A stretch of DNA of 64,000 bases from Opitutales bacterium (GTDB taxonomy: Bacteria; Verrucomicrobiota; Verrucomicrobiia; Opitutales; PNEW01). The DNA lies in NCBI GenBank assembly GCA_963692525.1, contig OY829953.1, positions 2,539,604 through 2,603,603 on the forward strand, read 5' to 3'. Shown here one piece after another: positions 31,420 through 40,972 of this stretch. A program made the position numbers and the translations under genes. Positions within the stretch are counted from its first letter, which is position 1. Every line of letters begins with the position of its first letter. Below the pieces are notes generated by a model. That model worked only from the letters and a program-made list of their open reading frames with translations, ran no database searches and had not been told where the DNA came from.

Positions 31420-32814
31420 ATGCCCGCATCTATCCTTATTGTAGATGATGAAAAACATACCCGTGAAGGACTGCTTCAAGCGCTGGAGGATTCTTTTGAC
31501 GTTTATCTTGCATCCAGTGCAGATGAAGCTTTTAACCTGCTCGAAGCGGAAAAATTTGATATAATTCTCACTGATTTAAAGATGGCTGGAAAATCCGGTT
31601 TAAAGGTCATTGACAAGGCAATAAGCCTGCCAGTGAAGCCGGTCACCATAATGATGACGGCGTATGGAAATGTCGAAACGGCTGTAGAAGCGATGAAGCG
31701 GGGGGCTTTTGATTTTTTGACCAAACCCCTCAATTTAGAGAAATTAGAAATTCTAATTAAGCGGGCTTTAAGATCACGTGATTTGGAAGAAGAGAACGTA
31801 GCATTACACAAGAGACTCGATCGAAAGTATAGCTTTGAGGGGATTATTGGAAATTCGAAAGTATTACAGGATGTGATCGAGAAGGTAAAACTCGTTGCTC
31901 CCTCTAAAACCACGGTTCTTCTGGAAGGGGAGACAGGAACCGGCAAAGAACTTATCGCGCAGGCTATCCACCAGAATAGCGGTCGCGCGCGACAGCCGTT
32001 CATTGCTACTCATTGTGCGGCACTCCCTGCCAGTCTTCTTGAAAGTGAACTTTTTGGTCATGAAAAAGGAGCATTTACCGGTGCAGTTGAGCGTCGAATA
32101 GGACGCTTTGAAGCGGCACAGGAGGGAACGCTCTTTCTCGACGAGATCGGCGAGATCGATCAATCGACGCAAGTTAAACTCCTGCGTTTTATCGAGTCTA
32201 AAACATTTGAACGGTTGGGGAGTATCAAGCCCATTACAGTTAATGTTCGTCTTGTCGCAGCTACAAATCGGAAATTGGAAGAACTCGTAAAAAAAGGATT
32301 ATTTCGTGAAGATTTATATTACAGACTCAATGTAGTGTCTATTACGCTACCGCCCTTGCGCAATCGTCGAGAGGATATTTCACTTCTCTTACAGCATAAT
32401 ATTCAAAAGTTTAGCGAGGAAAACGAGGTGAATCCAGTTAGAATAGATCCCTCTGCAATGAAGGTATTGGAACAATATGACTGGCCCGGAAATATACGCG
32501 AATTACGCAACTTTGCTGAAAATGTCGTTGTGATGAAGCGGGGTGGCAACGTCACCAAGTATGATCTTGAGCGGAAGTTTTCAAACGATATGGGGGACTT
32601 AAATTATCATGATGAGATGATAAATCCCTTATCGGTCGAAGAGAATGAAAAACGATTATTGCGCAATGCCTTAGTAGAAGTCAGCGGTAACCGTACTAAA
32701 GCAGCGAAATTGTTGGGAATAAGCAGGCGGACTTTGCACCGCAAGCTTCTGCAATGGCCAGAACTTGATATTATGGATGAGGGGGGAAAAAAAGAGAGAG
32801 GTGGGAACGTGTGA
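31420..32814 (+). CDS. Sigma-54-dependent response regulator (NtrC family)
   Basis: 464 aa. Receiver domain (ILIVDDE...DIILTDLKM), AAA+ Walker A GETGTGKE, sigma-54 contact loop ESELFGHEKGAFTGA, C-terminal Fis-type HTH (NRTKAAKLLGISRRTLHRKL). Confidence 0.93.
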   Translation: MPASILIVDDEKHTREGLLQALEDSFDVYLASSADEAFNLLEAEKFDIILTDLKMAGKSGLKVIDKAISLPVKPVTIMMTAYGNVETAVEAMKRGAFDFLTKPLNLEKLEILIKRALRSRDLEEENVALHKRLDRKYSFEGIIGNSKVLQDVIEKVKLVAPSKTTVLLEGETGTGKELIAQAIHQNSGRARQPFIATHCAALPASLLESELFGHEKGAFTGAVERRIGRFEAAQEGTLFLDEIGEIDQSTQVKLLRFIESKTFERLGSIKPITVNVRLVAATNRKLEELVKKGLFREDLYYRLNVVSITLPPLRNRREDISLLLQHNIQKFSEENEVNPVRIDPSAMKVLEQYDWPGNIRELRNFAENVVVMKRGGNVTKYDLERKFSNDMGDLNYHDEMINPLSVEENEKRLLRNALVEVSGNRTKAAKLLGISRRTLHRKLLQWPELDIMDEGGKKERGGNV

Positions 32815-32912
32815 ACGCTTTTGCTAGAATTGAGCCGCAGCAGTCTGCGTGAGAGTGAATAATACGATGGCCAATAATATCCCTTAAGCCCTACGGAAGA
32901 CAATCCGAAGAG

Positions 32913-34724
32913 ATGGCAAATTTTTATCAGCAAATAATCTACTGGATCGATTTGGGTCTAGGGAAAAAAATTATCAGTGTAGTAGCATTGGCCGCTATTA
33001 CCGTTGTTTATTCCTTTTACCACGGTTACAAACGCTATAACGGACCGGGGCATGAAGATGTTATAGAAATGGCGGTTCTCGGAAAGCAACTATCCGAGGG
33101 CAAAGGATTTTCAACTTTGGTTGTATACCCACAAGCGGTGGCCGTTTTGGAAAGTAAACATGACGACTATATTTTCAAAGAAAATCAATTGCATCCTGAA
33201 CTCTATCAAGCGCCTCTTTACCCATTAATTCTTGCAACTGGATTGAAAGTGATGGGGAAGTCTTACCGGAGAAATGTATGGAAAGATCCCGTATCTAAGG
33301 CGCGTGGAGTCTATCCTGCTTTTAACGGAGATTATTATCTTATCATTGTTAATGTTATTATTTTCTGGCTAGTTTGTTTGCTGACCTACTTTCTAGGCCG
33401 CCTCTTGTTTACCCCTACGGTGGGATTGCTGGCATATTTAGCTGTGCTCTTTTCATTAGGTCTTTGGGATAACATTCTGTCGGTATCAGGGGTGGTGGTG
33501 CTTATGGCTTTGTTATTATTATTATTTATTCTATGGAGCATTATTGAGCGCGCCCGTAATGCCGAATCAGTTGAAGAGATAAGCAATATAAAACCCTGGT
33601 GCTTTCCCTTGATGGGATTCATCTTGGCATTGCTCTTTCTGGCAGAATACACAGCGGGATTAGTCGGTATTGTTTTCATCGGTTACTGTTTAATATTTTT
33701 CCCTCGTGGAAAGCTATTAGCTCGATCTCTGGGCATTGCCGTTCTTATTTTTCTGCTCACGATTTCTTTGTGGGTATGGCGCAATATCGAGTGGACTGGT
33801 CATCCTCTGGCGCTGGCAGGACAATACCTCAGCATGCGAGCAGGTGATTCGACCGCCGAACCGGATGAAATAAAAAGAAAATTTGATCATGAATTACCAC
33901 CACTGAAGATTAATAAGGTCATTAATAAAGGGTTTAAGGGTATTGAAGTTAATTTAAAGGATCTCATTTGGAAAGGTGGTGGCTATTTATTTTGTGCTTT
34001 TTTTCTCACGGGTTGTCTCTATCGGTTTCGTCAGCGAACAACCAATGTTATGCGCTGGTGTGCAATCATAACGGTTTTTTCTCTCCTTTTATTTCAACCC
34101 TTTTTTAGTAGTGGCCTCGCTATAAGGTTGCCCGCTTATTATGTCACACCGTTGATTATTGTCTTTGGCTGCGGATTTTTTATGATCCTTTTGGAAAGTA
34201 CTAAAAAGCGAGACCGTTGGGAAAAACTGTTGGTTATCGTACTGGTGCTGGTTTTTCACAGTTTACCCTTAGTGCATAATCTAAGTGAGCCACGAAGAGT
34301 TCCCTTTAAATACCCACCTTATATTCCATCCATCATGGCTTATACGCGTACTGATCTAAAAGCAAAGTTTCGCCCCGAATACGGATTTATGGCAGATATC
34401 CCAGCAGGTCTTGCCTGGTATTCTCAACAGAAAGTCTGGGCAAAACCAAGTGATTATAGTGGATTCGTAAATGTGTTCTTACGGCAGAATATAGGAGGAC
34501 TTCTCCTATCACCCGCCATTCTTGACAAACCTTATTTCAGTAAACTTCTCCCTGCGAACGCCGAATTAACCGGGGGGATAGGGGAAACCCGACATTGGGG
34601 TGATATATATCGCGGTTTAGAGCAGGGTAAGCTGCCAGAATACTTTCCCTTACAAATTCCATTGCGATTGGCCGTCAATATGTTTGTTCTAATTAACCCT
34701 CTTGCGACCCAGCGTTTTCGGTGA
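32913..34724 (+). CDS. Large polytopic membrane protein, GT-C-fold (ArnT/PMT, GT39/83-like) glycosyltransferase candidate
   Basis: 603 aa, more than 10 hydrophobic helices plus a C-terminal soluble region. The first loop, HEDVIEMAVLGKQLSEGKGFS, resembles the acidic DE...G.G loop of GT-C enzymes. The family call is by pattern only. Confidence 0.4.
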   Translation: MANFYQQIIYWIDLGLGKKIISVVALAAITVVYSFYHGYKRYNGPGHEDVIEMAVLGKQLSEGKGFSTLVVYPQAVAVLESKHDDYIFKENQLHPELYQAPLYPLILATGLKVMGKSYRRNVWKDPVSKARGVYPAFNGDYYLIIVNVIIFWLVCLLTYFLGRLLFTPTVGLLAYLAVLFSLGLWDNILSVSGVVVLMALLLLLFILWSIIERARNAESVEEISNIKPWCFPLMGFILALLFLAEYTAGLVGIVFIGYCLIFFPRGKLLARSLGIAVLIFLLTISLWVWRNIEWTGHPLALAGQYLSMRAGDSTAEPDEIKRKFDHELPPLKINKVINKGFKGIEVNLKDLIWKGGGYLFCAFFLTGCLYRFRQRTTNVMRWCAIITVFSLLLFQPFFSSGLAIRLPAYYVTPLIIVFGCGFFMILLESTKKRDRWEKLLVIVLVLVFHSLPLVHNLSEPRRVPFKYPPYIPSIMAYTRTDLKAKFRPEYGFMADIPAGLAWYSQQKVWAKPSDYSGFVNVFLRQNIGGLLLSPAILDKPYFSKLLPANAELTGGIGETRHWGDIYRGLEQGKLPEYFPLQIPLRLAVNMFVLINPLATQRFR

Positions 34725-34810
34725 TTATTTCATTGACGCTAGGTGCTGGTTTTTAAGTAAATCAACGAGAGCTATCAATATTACCCCCCATGAAACAACA
34801 GTCGTGATTT

Positions 34811-35992
34811 ATGAATAAAGTGGTAACTCTTATACCTCTTCTGATATCGCCCTTATTATTTGGAGTTTACGCTCCTATCCCGGAACAAGAACAAGGTACG
34901 CCATTAACGATCAGTTTGAAAGCTGGTGGTTTTTACGACACTAATATCTTTGGGAATTTTACGAATGAGATAGATAGTGGGGCGATCAGTTTTGCGCCAC
35001 AATTTAAGTATAATGCTTCGCTTTCCGAGCAAACATTTTTATCCGGTTTGTATAATTTAGAAATTATCTCCTACGATAATCGTCCCACGGATGATCTTCT
35101 TTTCAATAATGTGCTCGGTCTTAACGTCTATCATTCGTTTGCGCCCAACATTAATTTTCAGATTTCTGAAAACCTCTCTTTTATAGATAATCCGGAATCG
35201 TTGCTTGTAGGCGTATTACAATCTAACCAGTCTTATAATCATAATCTATTTAATGTCAGCTTAGGGGTCGATTTATCAGAAAAACTGGGTGCTGTTTTCG
35301 AATTTAGAAATACAGACTTTGGCTATGATGATAAGAGTCTTGGATCACTTCTAGATCGCAATGAGCATCTCCTGGGCATTGAAGGAGATTTCAATTTGTC
35401 GCCCATAATGACCGTAGTCGGGGAATTTCGTTATCAAGATATAAACTATGATCAAAACGGCTTCGATAAAAATAGTGATTCGGCTTTTTTCCTGACGGGA
35501 GTAAATTACAAACCCGATGAGAAGTTAGATGTAAGAGGAAGGGTTGGGGTAGAGGACCGCAACCGATAATCCAGCACTGATAATGCAACATTTTATGGTG
35601 AATTTACCACGTTCTACCGTTATCAGGAGGAATCGTTTATCTCGGCAGGGGTGACTTACGATATACGTGAGACTTCAAATCCACTTAATTTTACTGACGA
35701 TGAAGTTTTAAGTGTATTTTTTAACGCTCAGCATGCACTTAGCGGAGCCCTTACAGCTTCCGGATCGGTATTATATAATGCTTCAGAATTGCTTCGCAGA
35801 GATCCCACCACGGGCCCCAATACCGAGGATGATACGATTCGTGTAGGCTTTGGCTTAACTTATAAGCATTCTGATAATTTATCCATTATCATTGATTATG
35901 ATTATGATAAAACGGGTTCATCCGATCCTGTGCGTGAGGAAAATAGGCACCGCGCCGGGATTAATTTCCGTTATACATTCGGAATATTTTAA
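34811..35992 (+). pseudogene. Outer-membrane beta-barrel protein (EPS-locus 'BBP2'-like) interrupted by a single in-frame TAA at 35567-35569
   Basis: ORFs 34811-35569 and 35651-35992 are in the same frame. The 27 codons between them are open and read SSTDNATFYGEFTTFYRYQEESFISAG. The upstream part has a signal peptide. The downstream part has none, and ends RYTFGIF (OMP C-terminal aromatic signature). Confidence 0.6.
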
Positions 35993-36093
35993 TAAGAATA
36001 TAGATATTTCCGGTCTAGAGTGATAGCCAAAGCAGGTGCGGGTCATGCTTGACCGGCATTTCAATTAGGAATTATAATCTAAAGCTTGCGCAT

Positions 36094-37587
36094 ATGAACA
36101 ATGATGACCAATCAATGCCCATTGGCCTTTCCCTCTCCGATTTGCTGAGAGTGTTGCGGGCAAGAAAAACGTTGATTGCGCTGATTCTCTTAATATGTCT
36201 GCTTACGACCATTGTTTTTACTTGGAGTCAACCGAAGTGGTACAACGCGATAGCTGGAATTCGGGTGGAGAAACCGGAAAGTGAGGTCGTTCTTTTTGGA
36301 CGACAATCCACAGGAAATTTCGACCCCTATTTTATCCGTGAACAAGTTCATATCATCCAAAGTAAATTGGTTCTCGCCCCAGTGATAGATGGGTTTTCGC
36401 TTCAAAAAAAACTCAGTGCAAAGCTTGGGGGAGCGCTTACTGAAGAAGAGACTTATTTATATTTGATCAAAAAAATGCTAAACGTTGATTCTCAACCGGG
36501 AACGCAGCTTATTGATATCGGTGTGCTCATGCAGGAAGAACCTGTTTTAGCCGCCGAGTTGGCTAATGCGATCGCTAAAGCTTATGCTCGTAACCGTATC
36601 GCTTTCGCTACCTCAGGGCAAACCGAAGCGATCGAAAAATTACAGGAGGAATTATTATTACAGGAGAGCGCAGTCTCTGAACAGCGTGATAGGGTAGAGA
36701 GTTTGCGTAAGGAGCTACAGATATCTGGTGTTGATATTGCCGCGCGTACTACCCAGTTAGATATTGAAAACTTGCGACAGTTAGAACGTAGCTTAATCGC
36801 TTTAAAAGTTGATGCCATTGCGAGAAAGACTCGTTTTGAAAGATTTAGTAAGGTCCCTTTGGGAGAGCGATTCAGGCTGGTTAATTCTGAATTGATATCT
36901 GACACTAATATATTGAATCTGATGCAGGCCCATATGATTGCCGATCAGAACTTCACACAATTGGAAGGTAGACTGGGTGAAGCGCACCCTGATCTGGTGG
37001 CAGCGTCAAATAATCTACAGAAAATTAGTGAGCAGTTGGCTAATCTGCTCCTGGGCTATGAAGAGGCATTAGAGATCTCCTACATTGAAGCGCAAGCCCG
37101 CGTATCTGAACTGGAGAAACAACTGGAGAGCGCTCGAATTGATCAGATTTATTCCGCGGAAAATAAAATGCGCCCGTTTGAAGAAGCGGTGACTAGGCTG
37201 CAAGATGAAGAGAATCTCTACAAAACACTTAAAATTACATTAAGACAGCGTGAAATAGACTTTCAGGTACCTAAGCGCACAATCGAAATTCTTAATGAAG
37301 CGGTTCCTGCCCGCCGTCCATCAAAGCCGAATTGGGTAATCAATCTTGGGCTCGCGATAATCATGGGTAGTATTATTGGACTGGGGAGTGCATTTCTTTT
37401 CGATTTTTTTGATACTAGTTTTCGTTCCATCGATGATTTGGAACGAATATTGCAACTCCCGGTAATGGGAGTAATTAAGAAGGACCAGCCATTAGTGACT
37501 GCTGATAATTTTAATACTTTTGAAGCTGAACCTTATCGCGTTATTCAAACCAATTTGAATTTATCAGGGAATGATAAAAAAAAGTAA
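36094..37587 (+). CDS. Polysaccharide chain-length determinant / co-polymerase (Wzz/GumC-like PCP)
   Basis: About 497 aa from the ATG at 36094 (the ORF-track start at 36049 is a TTG). N-terminal TM (LIALILLICLLTTIVF), long coiled-coil periplasmic region, second TM near the C-terminus (WVINLGLAIIMGSIIGLGSAFLF). Confidence 0.75.
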   Translation: MNNDDQSMPIGLSLSDLLRVLRARKTLIALILLICLLTTIVFTWSQPKWYNAIAGIRVEKPESEVVLFGRQSTGNFDPYFIREQVHIIQSKLVLAPVIDGFSLQKKLSAKLGGALTEEETYLYLIKKMLNVDSQPGTQLIDIGVLMQEEPVLAAELANAIAKAYARNRIAFATSGQTEAIEKLQEELLLQESAVSEQRDRVESLRKELQISGVDIAARTTQLDIENLRQLERSLIALKVDAIARKTRFERFSKVPLGERFRLVNSELISDTNILNLMQAHMIADQNFTQLEGRLGEAHPDLVAASNNLQKISEQLANLLLGYEEALEISYIEAQARVSELEKQLESARIDQIYSAENKMRPFEEAVTRLQDEENLYKTLKITLRQREIDFQVPKRTIEILNEAVPARRPSKPNWVINLGLAIIMGSIIGLGSAFLFDFFDTSFRSIDDLERILQLPVMGVIKKDQPLVTADNFNTFEAEPYRVIQTNLNLSGNDKKK

Positions 37588-38275
37588 TGTGATTATTGTT
37601 CAATCTGCAGGCCCGGGTGAAGGTAAATCATCTACCCTTTATAATCTCGCTTCTGTAATGGCTTTTAGCGGATTGAAAATTCTTGTTATCGACTCCGATC
37701 TTCACCGGCCCGTTCTACACAAATTAATGGAAGCAAAACGAACGCCAGGACTTATTGATGTCCTGATGGGAGATAAGAAACCCAAGAGTATTATTCAGCA
37801 TACAAAAAATCCTAATCTGGATGTTATGCCCGCCGGTCGTAGCGCTCATTTCAATCTCAGTGTAATTCACGTTAATCTACTGATAAAGATATTGGACGAA
37901 TTAGGTTCTAAATACGATAAGATCTTTCTCGACTCTCCCCCCATAATTGGAATTAGCGACGCATCGATACTTGCCAGCGTAAGTGATGGAGTAATCATTG
38001 TCATCCAACATAAACGCACAACTACATCCATGTCTTTGCGTGCGCAACAAATTTTGCAGAATGGTGAAGGAAATATTTACGGCGTTATTTTAAATCAGGT
38101 CCCAGAAGTTGGTGTTGAAGATTACAATTATTATACGAACAATTCTTCTTATTACAGCTCTGCAGGTAGACAAAAAGAAAGTAGCTCACCATTTAATACA
38201 GACAATGTGGTTGAAAATGAAATAGAAACGTTCGAAATTGAGGAATCAGATAAAAAGAATTTCCCCTCGGGCTGA
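37571..38275 (+). CDS. BY-kinase-type (CpsD/CapB/Wzc C-terminal) tyrosine autokinase ATPase
   Basis: 234 aa; Walker A GPGEGKS, Walker A' ILVIDSDLHRP, Walker B IFLDSPP, C-terminal Tyr cluster EDYNYYTNNSSYYSS. Overlaps the PCP gene by 17 nt. Confidence 0.85.
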   Translation: MIKKSNVIIVQSAGPGEGKSSTLYNLASVMAFSGLKILVIDSDLHRPVLHKLMEAKRTPGLIDVLMGDKKPKSIIQHTKNPNLDVMPAGRSAHFNLSVIHVNLLIKILDELGSKYDKIFLDSPPIIGISDASILASVSDGVIIVIQHKRTTTSMSLRAQQILQNGEGNIYGVILNQVPEVGVEDYNYYTNNSSYYSSAGRQKESSSPFNTDNVVENEIETFEIEESDKKNFPSG

Positions 38276-38372
38276 ATGGGAATAATCTATCTAGCGTTCG
38301 TTTTCACCCAGACTTTCTGCATTCACTATTGACATTGACGTAAATCCGGAAAAGTTATCATCAAAATTTATT

Positions 38373-38448
<76 letters not shown>

Positions 38449-38461
38449 GTAAAGATTAAAG

Positions 38462-39148
38462 GTGAAAGCTAGCGAACTTTTTCAATTTCCGGGAACCCTG
38501 CCATTCGGGGATTATTTTAAGGGAGATGATGCCCCTTGGGAGTGGGTTAGTGGAATAAAAACTGCCTTAGCCGAATTTGATTTCAGTATTCATTCCAAAC
38601 CGTCTAATTTACCATCGGGTGTATCAATAAGCGACAAAGTATTTATTGATCCTTCGGTTAAACTTCCGCCTTATTGTGTTATAGAAGGACCAGCTTACAT
38701 TAGTGCGAATACAGAAGTTCGCGCTGGCGCCTATATTCGAGGCAATGTCATTGTGGGGGAGGGGTGTGTTTTAGGTAATTCGTGTGAATATAAGAATTGT
38801 TTACTCATGGATCGAGTTAAGACGGCACACTTTAATTATATCGGTGATTCAATTTTAGGCTCAGATGTTCATTTTGGGGCTGGAGCAATTTGTGCAAACT
38901 TACGTCTCTTTCATGATCTAGTCCCTGTTGAATTACCAGATGGCAGTCGTGTATCAAGCAAGATGCTTAAACTGGGCGCCTTGATGGGGGAACAGTCTGA
39001 AGTGCTTTGCAATAGTGTTTTACAGCCAGGGGCAATTTTGGGCAAACGCTCTGTGGTTCTACCAGGCACTGTATTCAGTGGATATCTTTCTGAAAACACT
39101 ATTGTGCGCGGGCCGCAGCAATTAAAAACATCTTTACGACGAGATTGA
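38462..39148 (+). CDS. Left-handed beta-helix (hexapeptide-repeat) protein, resembling the C-terminal LbH domain of sugar-1-phosphate nucleotidyl/acyl-transferases
   Basis: 228 aa, GTG start. Repeated [LIV]-G-x4 hexapeptides (VRAGAYIRGNVIVGEGCVLGNSCEYKNCLL...IGDSILGSDVHFGAGAI). No nucleotidyltransferase N-domain. Confidence 0.45.
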   Translation: MKASELFQFPGTLPFGDYFKGDDAPWEWVSGIKTALAEFDFSIHSKPSNLPSGVSISDKVFIDPSVKLPPYCVIEGPAYISANTEVRAGAYIRGNVIVGEGCVLGNSCEYKNCLLMDRVKTAHFNYIGDSILGSDVHFGAGAICANLRLFHDLVPVELPDGSRVSSKMLKLGALMGEQSEVLCNSVLQPGAILGKRSVVLPGTVFSGYLSENTIVRGPQQLKTSLRRD

Positions 39149-39171
39149 TTATATTTCTGTTTTAGGCACAA

Positions 39172-40917
39172 TCAAATCTCTTCATAGAGGGATTCTCCAC
39201 GATGCAATCGAATTGCAGTACGGGTCATTTGAGACTCAGCTCTGCGCGTCGGGCAGTGTGCTGTTAAATGTCGGGTAACGGCTACATAAATATGTTCTTC
39301 CTGTGGTTGTCCTGCCCATAATTGGGCTTGTTGCACACCCGCTTCCAGGCACTGTAATTTATGAAAATCCAGATCCTCACGCAGAGTGGCTTTCGCGAGA
39401 GTATCAATCAGTCGATCTACCGGATGTTGGAGGCGGATATAGCGGCTTACCGGTGCCGTAACGGTATCCCAGGACTGTCGTCTGTCCAAATTTTCAAAAA
39501 TGGATTCAAGTAACTCGTCAGGTTCGGTACTTAAAGATTCCAAATCAATGTGTTCATCAGGAAATTTCGCTTCTGGTATGTTCAGAAATCGATCTACGTA
39601 TACAGACATTGCACCATGAAGAATTCCACGGATCGTATTGTGATTAACAGAGCGTTTCAATGTCTGATAAATCGCGTTCGAATAGGTGAAAGTGTGAAGA
39701 GGCCCAAACCAGTCGTTAATATCATTCGATTCAGGAAAGTGCGCCATGCGTAATGCAGAGGTATAGGCAATGTGTTTGGCGATCTCCGTCGGATCCACTC
39801 CGCTAATCAGAATATCTTTAAGAGTATTAAGAATTAAATTAGGATCATTACCGAGCAGTATATCATTTAAACCGTTAGGCACTTCATTGAAATTCTTAGA
39901 TTCGAGATTATATTCAGACAGTTCTTCTTCTCTTTTACGAATCTCGGGGATAAGATCGATAGGATTTCTCCAGGAGCTACTTTCTTCCTCTCCGCGCGCT
40001 GAGCTTATGCCGGAGACCAAGGTTGGCAGAATCTTCTCCAAGTGATCCCAACCGATAGTGTTTAAGATTTCGAAAGATTTGTTCGCGAAATCAAGGGTGT
40101 GTCCTGTTGCGGAAAAGATACGGTCAGTTATCGTGCCGAAAACGAGATCGTTAATAATAGGTGAATTGGGGGATTTAATTGCCGCGGTAAGTAAAGTGCG
40201 CTCAGCACCATCACGATGGCGGACTAAAACCCAGTGTTTGAACCATCGCTCTAGCTGTTCTGCCTCATTTTGATTACCCTCCAAAGGATAGCGCTCTCTT
40301 CTTGCCGGCATCCCTGCGTAGTTGGAGGCGAGGCGTCTGGACGCGAGCGAGAGGGCATATATCTTAGTGTCCTTAGATAAGTAGGGCCAAAGATTGGCAA
40401 CCGCTGATAGCAAAGTCATCCCGTCTTGCCAGTTATCGTGATTGTCAGCCCCGAACAGAGCGATCTCGCGGATTATATCTCGAAAATCTACTCCAGTCTC
40501 TAGAAGACCGATGATGCTTTTAGCCTGAACGAGCGCAATATTTTGCTCTAGCCCGCGTTTCAATCGATTTATGTAATATTTCTTCGTTGGTTGTTCATTA
40601 GCTAATTTGGCAATATAAATTTCATCATCATCGACCTTCACTTGATATGTCGGTACATCATCTGCGAATAAATCAAATGCGCAATCGCTGCTTAAATCGA
40701 ATCGCGCATGGTGCCAATGACAAGTCAGGATTCCGTCTTTAACTGTTCCTTGGTGGAGGGGAAAACCGAGATGAGGGCAACGATTATCAACCGCTAATAC
40801 TTTTCCTCCATTCCAAAATATTGCAATCGGTCTGTCTTCACCCGAGATTACAATAACCTCCTTTTCTCGTAAATCATCCAGCGCTGCCACGTGGATGAAA
40901 TCTGGATCATTGATCAT
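39172..40917 (-). CDS. Rieske [2Fe-2S] domain protein fused to a ~470-aa uncharacterised helical domain
   Basis: 581 aa. The N-terminal ~100 aa carry CPHLGFPL...17 aa...CHWHHARF (CxH/CxxH Rieske ligands). The rest has no motif I recognise. Confidence 0.7.
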   Translation of the reverse strand: MINDPDFIHVAALDDLREKEVIVISGEDRPIAIFWNGGKVLAVDNRCPHLGFPLHQGTVKDGILTCHWHHARFDLSSDCAFDLFADDVPTYQVKVDDDEIYIAKLANEQPTKKYYINRLKRGLEQNIALVQAKSIIGLLETGVDFRDIIREIALFGADNHDNWQDGMTLLSAVANLWPYLSKDTKIYALSLASRRLASNYAGMPARRERYPLEGNQNEAEQLERWFKHWVLVRHRDGAERTLLTAAIKSPNSPIINDLVFGTITDRIFSATGHTLDFANKSFEILNTIGWDHLEKILPTLVSGISSARGEEESSSWRNPIDLIPEIRKREEELSEYNLESKNFNEVPNGLNDILLGNDPNLILNTLKDILISGVDPTEIAKHIAYTSALRMAHFPESNDINDWFGPLHTFTYSNAIYQTLKRSVNHNTIRGILHGAMSVYVDRFLNIPEAKFPDEHIDLESLSTEPDELLESIFENLDRRQSWDTVTAPVSRYIRLQHPVDRLIDTLAKATLREDLDFHKLQCLEAGVQQAQLWAGQPQEEHIYVAVTRHLTAHCPTRRAESQMTRTAIRLHRGESLYEEI

Positions 40918-40972
40918 GACAATCTGTTTTTAATATTCTAGTATAGACGAATATATTTATTTCACAATGCAT

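Noticed and set aside
31503-32003. 166-aa antisense ORF (plus 31864-32172 and others) inside the sigma-54 regulator gene
   Set aside because: It is a shadow of a strongly supported NtrC-family CDS. Long antisense ORFs are expected where the sense strand avoids certain codons.
32815-36093. Sigma-54 promoters (TGGCAC-N5-TTGC) upstream of the GT-C, barrel and PCP genes
   Set aside because: The TGGC-containing sites I found by eye (e.g. TGGCCAATAATATCC at about 32863, CGGCATTTCAATTAG at about 36053) lack the GC dinucleotide at the correct 12-nt offset. A matrix scan is needed before claiming any.
37571-37587. The 17-nt overlap between the PCP and BY-kinase ORFs as a possible frameshifted fused Wzc gene
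   Set aside because: Both ORFs are complete: the PCP has its second TM and C-terminus, and the kinase has its own ATG directly before Walker A. Separate PCP and kinase genes are a well-known natural arrangement.
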